This document shows, piece after piece, positions 57,290-64,000 of a stretch of DNA of 64,000 bases. Source of the stretch: the human T2T-CHM13v2.0 reference genome, Homo sapiens. Numbering within the stretch: the stretch's first letter is position 1; every line of letters begins with the position of its first letter. Below the pieces are notes generated by a model. The model was given only the letters and a program-made list of their open reading frames with translations. It ran no database searches and had not been told where the DNA came from. The stretch lies in the NCBI RefSeq assembly GCF_009914755.1, contig NC_060930.1; one strand, given 5' to 3'. The position numbers and the translations under genes were made by a program.

Positions 57290-58089
57290 TGAGGAGGCTC
57301 AGAATACACCACCCTAAAGCATGCCACCCTTGCATATTGATTACTTCCAGCTAAAAGACATTGAGAACCAGCCAACACAGGAAAAGCTTTTCACCTCCCA
57401 CTCAACTGCCTAAAATAAAGTATGAAACCCCTTTTGTACAGAGAAACATATACTTATAAAGGAAATTTTCATTAGTAAAGGTATCTGGACCAGGAAGAGA
57501 GCTACTGTGAGAGAACTTTTATCAACTGAAAGGCTTATTTTTGTTTTATTTTATTTTTTTTAAGACAGGGTCTCGCTCTGTCACCCAGGCTAGAGTATAG
57601 TGGCACCATCATAGCTCGCTGCAGCTTCAAACTCTTGGGCTCAAGTGAGTCTTCCACCTCAACATTTCCAGTAGTTGGGACTACAGGCGCTTGCCACTGC
57701 ACTTGGTCTACCTGAGAGACTTTTATCTGCATAATAAGGTAGTCTTAACTTATCATATATTTCCTCTCCTCACACTCTCATAATGTGTCTCTACTACCCA
57801 CCAGAAGCCCCAAACTCCTATTCCTTTCTGTAGCTCAGAATGGTGTATAGCCTTCAATCATCTGGCCATTTCTTTGAGTCTCATTTTTCTGTGTGTGAGA
57901 TTCCCATCTGTAAGTATGTAACTAACATAATACTTGTTATGTGTGAGTTAACGTACTACAAGTTACATACTTATATGTACATACTGGTAAATTGTTATTC
58001 TCCTGTTAATCTGTTTTATGTCCATTTAATTTGTAGACTAGCCAAAGGATCTAGGAAGGTAAAGGGAAGCAATTTTTCCCTTCTATACA
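57290..58089 (+). mobile_element. MER34-family ERV1 LTR, inserted in L2 and interrupted by a FRAM
   Basis: 'tcagaatacaccaccctaaagcatgcc...gcatattgattactt' start, 'tctcctgttaatctgttttatgtc...ccttctataca' end. Confidence 0.8.
57535..57709 (-). mobile_element. FRAM / AluJ right monomer
   Basis: 'agacagggtctcgctctgtcacccaggc...atcatagctcgctgcagc...gggctcaagtga', single monomer. Confidence 0.9.
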
Positions 58090-58866
58090 TCACCCTACTT
58101 ACAGGAAGAGATAATGGGACAGCACCAGCCCTGCCTTCCTGATATCAATAATCTGATAAGGAAGACAGTCATGGATATTAACAGTATAGAGTTAAGCGCT
58201 TAGGCAGAGGTAAACACAGACTCCTGTGGGACCATTTAGAATGGGTACCTAGTCCATGTTTCCGAATTCAGATAAAGCCCTCTTGAGAAGAGATATTAAT
58301 ATACGAATGACATGTTAGTAACTGAATTTCTGAACCCTCAAGAATAAGGACTAGGCCTTTGACTGTGGCAAAGTTACTATTATAAAAGTCACCTTACGAG
58401 ACTTCTTGGCTGCCCACCATCAGCCTGTCACAGTTGTGACACAACCTTTGCCTGGTGGCAGTGTGGTATGAAAGGGATGAAGTCAGAGTAAGGGAAAAGA
58501 GGCAAAGCAAAAGCTATTAATCTCTCAGGTGAGTTTGAGGATGAGCTTCTGTTATGCCTTCAACTGTGTTCATGGAGTTATGTGTGGATTAAATAAAGTA
58601 TGTATCAAGATCCTTATAAATCCCCAAGTGGTTCATTTATTATTTGCTATTTTTATTTTCTCAGGGATGTTATGACTTTGTTCATTAAGGCTTATTCATA
58701 ATATGTTTATTTCAATTGACTAAAAAATTTAATAAGCATTTCCTGAGGTGCCTAACACTGCTAGCCAGTAGGATGCTGCAATGAAAAAGCCTCTGCCCAA
58801 AGAGACGCAAATCCAGATACAGATGGAAGACGTAAAGAAACATGTGCAGTTTGTGGTGTGCCAAGG

Positions 58867-59621
58867 TGAGACGGAAGAGAAACTTCTCCTAGGGGCCTGC
58901 GGGCCCCCTCAAGCATGGAAAAAAAGAAAACTTTTTGTTCCTTCAAGGAAGATTCCAGGCACCTAGTTAGCCCTGAGAAATAAATAAATGACTTGATAAG
59001 TTAAAACAATAGCCAAGGAAGTTAGAATCACAGGATGTTCCCCTACAGAAACTAAAGATGATATCTTAACATATGTCTTTAAGTTGCTTTTCAGAAACCT
59101 GGATGTCCGCCAAATGGATTTGCTGTCACGTAGACCTCCGAAAAGGGGAAACTGAGGATTGAACTCTGACCACTGTTCTTTGTTCTAAATCTCTTCCTGA
59201 GGGACCTGGAAAAGGTCACACCCATGAGCCAGAGCTAACGTTCTTTTCTGCTGACCCCAAATTTTTAGACAAAGCTTCCCCTTCTTAACCAATTGCAAAT
59301 CAGAAAACATTTGAATCTACCTATGACCTGTAAGCCACCCACTTCAAGATATCCTGCCCTTTTAGGTCAAACCAATGTGTAATCCCTATATATTGATTTA
59401 TGGTTTTGCTTATAACTTCTGCTTTCCTGAAATTTACTCCTGCTTTTAAAAACCCTTACATGCAAGCCGTCAGGGCATTTGGGATTTAAACTAGAGCTGC
59501 CCGATTCTCCTTGCTTGGCACCCTGCAAACAAATGCTCTCCTTTCTTCTGCTGCAAACCTCAGTGTGGCTGTTTTGGCCTTACTGTGCCTGGCGAGCATA
59601 TCCCAGTTCAGTTTGATAACA
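58867..59621 (+). mobile_element. MER39-like ERV1 solo LTR
   Basis: TG...CA termini, 4-bp TSD 'aagg', motifs 'ttccaggcacctagttagccctgagaa' and 'ttaaccaattgcaaatcagaaaa...gaatctacctatgacctg'. Confidence 0.85.
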
Positions 59622-62600
59622 AAGGGTGGCTTAGAGGGCTTTAATAAGCCCTAGTGCAAAATCTCCAGCAGCATCTCTAAACCACCCAAACGATCACCCA
59701 GTTTAGATAAGTTAGGTAAGTCCATGTATTTGCCAAGCAACTACAACCTAAATGTAATTATCCTAGTTTCAAATACCCACTTCAAGCAAACTGTCTGCCA
59801 GATGCCTCCTCTCCCTCCGTCACAGGGTGATAGGTGCAATGATAGATTTAAAAGAGGGAAAGGAGTCTGAGAAAGATCCCAGTTCGGAATCATGTCTGAA
59901 TTGGATTTGAGGATCCAAGGATGGAAGCGAATACTAGGTAGAAAGAACAGTCTATGCCTCAGTATAAAACAGAGATAGCAAGAGCCTTTGGTAGCAATGA
60001 GACTAGGAGACAGTTGTCATCCAGAGAGACAGAAAAATAAAAGTAATAAGGGTATCAGGTAGAATGCTAAAAAGCTTGAACTTCATCTGTACAGAGGAGG
60101 AAAATATCTAGGCGTTTTCATTGACTCAAATCTAAGAAAGAACATTTTGGTTATTTGGAGACTGTACTGGCCGGGAAGGCATTAAAGGAAGGGGGATTAA
60201 TCAAGTCAAGCAAGTAAGAGACATGTTTACTTTGCTCATATTGAGTTTCTTAGTTCTCTAATTCACACTACCTTAAAACCTTCAAGGCATATCAAAAGCT
60301 AAGGCACATGATACAGACCATTTCACCTTGCCAGGTTCTTCTTCTCATACTAGCTAGCTTAGTACTGTTTGTGTCTCAGCAAAAGTAGTCGTTGGTGGTG
60401 TTTCATCTTAAAGCTATTTTGCAGAAATCCTAAAAATTTTTAGTCATCATCAATTTGGCATAAACAAGTTTTGAGGCCATCTTGCTGGATTTGTTTTTAA
60501 ATCAGTGTGGTTTTCATAACAGGAAGTAATTCTTGTGCTTTTTTTATGATGCATCATAAAAACAACTACTCATTTAATAAGATAATGCAACAAGAGCCTT
60601 GGATGCTTCATTGGGTAATGAATATCACAGGATTCTTTCCAAATCAGCAACTCTGAGCAAGAGAAAAACAGCAGTGTTTAAACAGTGAAGAACTTGAATA
60701 AGGAATTAATGGGGTGGAGAATTGCTGCTTTTAAGCTGAAGGGATCCCATAACCACTCCTGCAATCAAACAATTTCTATTCAGAATGATTTTTCTGATTG
60801 AAGGAAGTGAGACATTCTTGCATGTAACTAGCCTATCCACATTTAACTAAGTGTACCCCCCACCCCCCGTACACACACACATACACACACACACAGGAGT
60901 CTCACGGAAGCCAATTTCCAGAGAATGAAGATATAGTGTGCTTTCTGGAATTATTGACCACAGTGAAACACCTCAAGCAATTTCTTGCATTTAATATTCA
61001 TTTCTCAAGCATTGGCCCTAGACACAAAGCAATATTTCCTCCTTATGCAGTTTATTTCTTTCAAAACCTTGAAGAATGTTGTAAACAAGCCCCCCAGCCC
61101 TGTGGTTTTTGCTAAGTCAGAACATTAAACATTTCATCAATGATTGTTCTTAATAAATGTGTGTACATTGGAGACTTTTGTTTCCTAATTGTCCATAATT
61201 ATAGCTCTTTCACACACTCTGAGAACTCAAAAGACAAAGTGAAAAGACAGCAGTAGTTTAAACCTAGACTGTGTATAAATCAAATACAAGAAAATAAAAT
61301 AAATGGCAAGGCTTCTTAAAAACAGGTGTATGAAAGCTTTAGTTATTTAAACAACTCATGCTCCCCTCCCCTGCAAGAGTATCTTTTACTTCCAAATCAC
61401 TTAATGGCACATAGTTCTCAAAACATAAAGTTTCATGTCACCTGACTCAATATTCAATTTGTTCAATTCAGTAATGCTTCTGTTACTCCTAACACTCAGA
61501 TTCTTTTCTTAACAACATTTGAACCAAATTATTTTAATAATTTAACTACCAGCTATCTGGTAATGGTCATATTTCAGAAAAGTATTTTCATATATCAAAG
61601 TTGGGTATTACTTCCCAAATTATCTGCATCTGTCTCTCATCTATACTCTTTGCCTATGAAGACAAGTTCATACATTAGAGAGTTAATATTACCACATGCA
61701 AGTGTCCATCAACACTTGCGGTCATGTGGTTCTACACTGTGCAACTCTGGATACTGTTCATATAGAAGACAATGTGGCCAGTGCTCCCTGAAGCTTTCAG
61801 TAATACAGAAAAATGAAAGAATGGTCCTCAGCTATGTGAATGCCACTTTGTTGAAACTCAGTATGTGTGTGTGAGGTGTCAATAATGGAAGTCCACTGAC
61901 GCCATGAGCAGGAGGGAGGCAGAAATGAAGGTTAAGAACTGATGATGCGGAGTGGCCACATTTGAGCCTAATTAATTCCACAAATAATAGTGTATTTGTC
62001 TCACGTTTAGCTTGTTCCTATAAACATATTAGAAACCTTTGTTTTTTCCTTTTAACTGTCTTTCATGGTTCAGTTTGGAAAACATTTTGTGAACCCAGCA
62101 TGCTCTCCAATGGCCAATGATCTGGTTAAATTAAACTGATGCTTATTAATTGCTGAGTGAATACAAATGGGATTTACTTGGCAATAAAGCACTCTGTTTT
62201 AAGTTTCAAATATATGGCTCATTATTCATGGTGGTGCAGAGGAGAAAGTACAGGGAAGGTTTACAGAAACTAAGCTAGGGCCCCACAAGGTGAAATCTAT
62301 CTTGGAGGTGTTTATCACATTCCAGAGCTGGTCCTCAATTTTGCAAGACCAGAAACCTTGATTTTTGTGAGTTCTTCTCTCTCGGGGATGTATTTACATT
62401 AGCAAATATATACCAGAATGCTTATTTATAATGACAACTGTGACTGACTGTCAGGTAGACAGGAATACTCACATTGACAGAGCCATACATCCCTGCCCAG
62501 TAGGCTGACAACACCGAGCGGCTTTATGCGAAGCCTGCTTGGCCTGCATGGGCTCAGAACAAGGAGGGTTAATATATGAGTTTGATGAAAATAGCACATC

Positions 62601-62829
62601 TTTGCAATAAATGTACTTTTCAGATGGACTGACACCTGAGCTTCCCTATCTGGGTATGCTTGGGGCATGCTCTTTCCTGGGCAGAATGAATAGGCTACCA
62701 CTGGTATTAGGGATTTCCTCTTTCACACTCTAGGAATCCCTGTATTCACACAGCACAATACAATTAACCAGGCTTCCACTTTCTCAGTTACAATTCTGCC
62801 CTGATTTCCTAATGTACTGGATCAGCCAT

Positions 62830-63546
62830 GGAAGGAGGTCCTCTAGTTATCATTAGAGGGCCTGCTGCACCCTCCTGAGATGCTCCTTACACATAGTGAA
62901 TCATTTTTATACCACACATTCCTGCTACATTGGCTACAGCTAATTAGAACAAGAATTAATGGGCCTGTAACCCCCAGAGATTTCTGTGCTGGCCAGCAGC
63001 CTGTGAGGTAGCTTGATACGCGACTCCTGTCCAAGATGATGCGGGGCACCAGTGACTTTGCCAACCTGTTTAGATCCTGTCACGTGGCACGTTTGAAGGA
63101 GACGCACAGAGAAGGAGTCTGGCAATTGGGTCAACGGCAGCAAAAAGGAGGCAGTAGAAGGAATGGTGAGGAGCAGAAGCCGTGAGGCAGCAAAGCCTTA
63201 AATAAGAAGAAACTACCAGATAAATGGGAGAGTAAACTGAGTCTGTAGTGTTGCGAGTAAAAGAAGCAGGAATGGAGAATTGTAGATTCATCTCAGTAGC
63301 AATGCTTGGAGGATGGAGCCAAGGGTTTCCAATTCTGGAGAAAGAGATTCTGTTGGGTCACATCTCAGACAAAAGCCCCTGTTGAATCCCCAGCAGCTTT
63401 CTGGGCTCTCTAATCCCTGGTTATGAGGCTCCTGAGAATGTTTCCTGACTTCCTTCCCTGTGATTTCTTATGATAACTATTCACTATTGGAGATAACCTG
63501 AGTAGGTCTTTGCTTCTTACCATCTTCAAAGAGTCTGACTAATAAT
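62830..63546 (+). mobile_element. Ancient LTR (ERVL/Gypsy-type), family uncertain
   Basis: LTR-like 3' end 'gagataacctgagtaggtctttgcttcttacc...aagagtctgactaata'. Confidence 0.45.
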
Positions 63547-64000
63547 TCTGAAATTAGCACCAGATCACATTTTATTGAAGTGTCACAGTCACCTATTTTG
63601 TAATCTCTTAGTGTTTGCTCTCACACTTAATCAATACCACAAGTGGATTTAGCTTGTCAAATGATTGGAGGCAAATTTATTTCCGTACTCTCAGGTAGGA
63701 TCTAACTGCTGCTGTGGTGTACTGACTCATGTAGAGACAGAAATCATGCAGATTCTATTTAACTCTTCATTTTGCCTACAAGCTGGGTTGCCAAATCTCA
63801 GAGTATTTCTGCCATCACCCTAATGAGTAGGACTGCAATCTTACTCTTTAAAATACAGTGGGAAAGCAGTTTTCTATTACTAGAAGCCATAACTTTAAGA
63901 AGTGACCTGCACTTGGAGTAATAAAACTTTGCTGTAATCATTAATCATTTGCAGCCAAATTAAGCAGAGACTGATTATGACTTCAGTCTTCCACCCAAGA

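Overview
AT-rich primate genomic DNA (hominoid-like and probably human, judged from AluS/AluY and an L1PA4-like LINE). It is either gene-poor intergenic sequence or the interior of a very long intron. No host protein-coding gene is recognisable. All long ORFs are decayed L1 ORF1/ORF2 fragments or antisense Alu/LTR read-throughs. Much of the window is interspersed repeat: one 4.8-kb 5'-truncated L1PA, old L1M, L2, MIR, 11 Alu/FLAM/FRAM copies, about 20 ERV1/ERVL/MaLR solo LTRs and a few DNA transposons, plus microsatellites. Subfamily names are from memory of the consensus sequences and need RepeatMasker/Dfam confirmation. The best sequence-verifiable oddity is a 60-bp inverted copy of unique DNA from about 1.4 kb away, sitting inside a long (AT)n tract (55697-55756 vs 57097-57156). 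Several smaller fold-back or template-switch scars also occur. The best functional candidates are a 30-nt frame-preserving cassette exon with nearby RBFOX motifs (10584-10613) and a recursive-splice-site-like AG|GTAAGT (16255-16262), both on the + strand. Nothing here demonstrates a new biological system; the findings are testable candidates.
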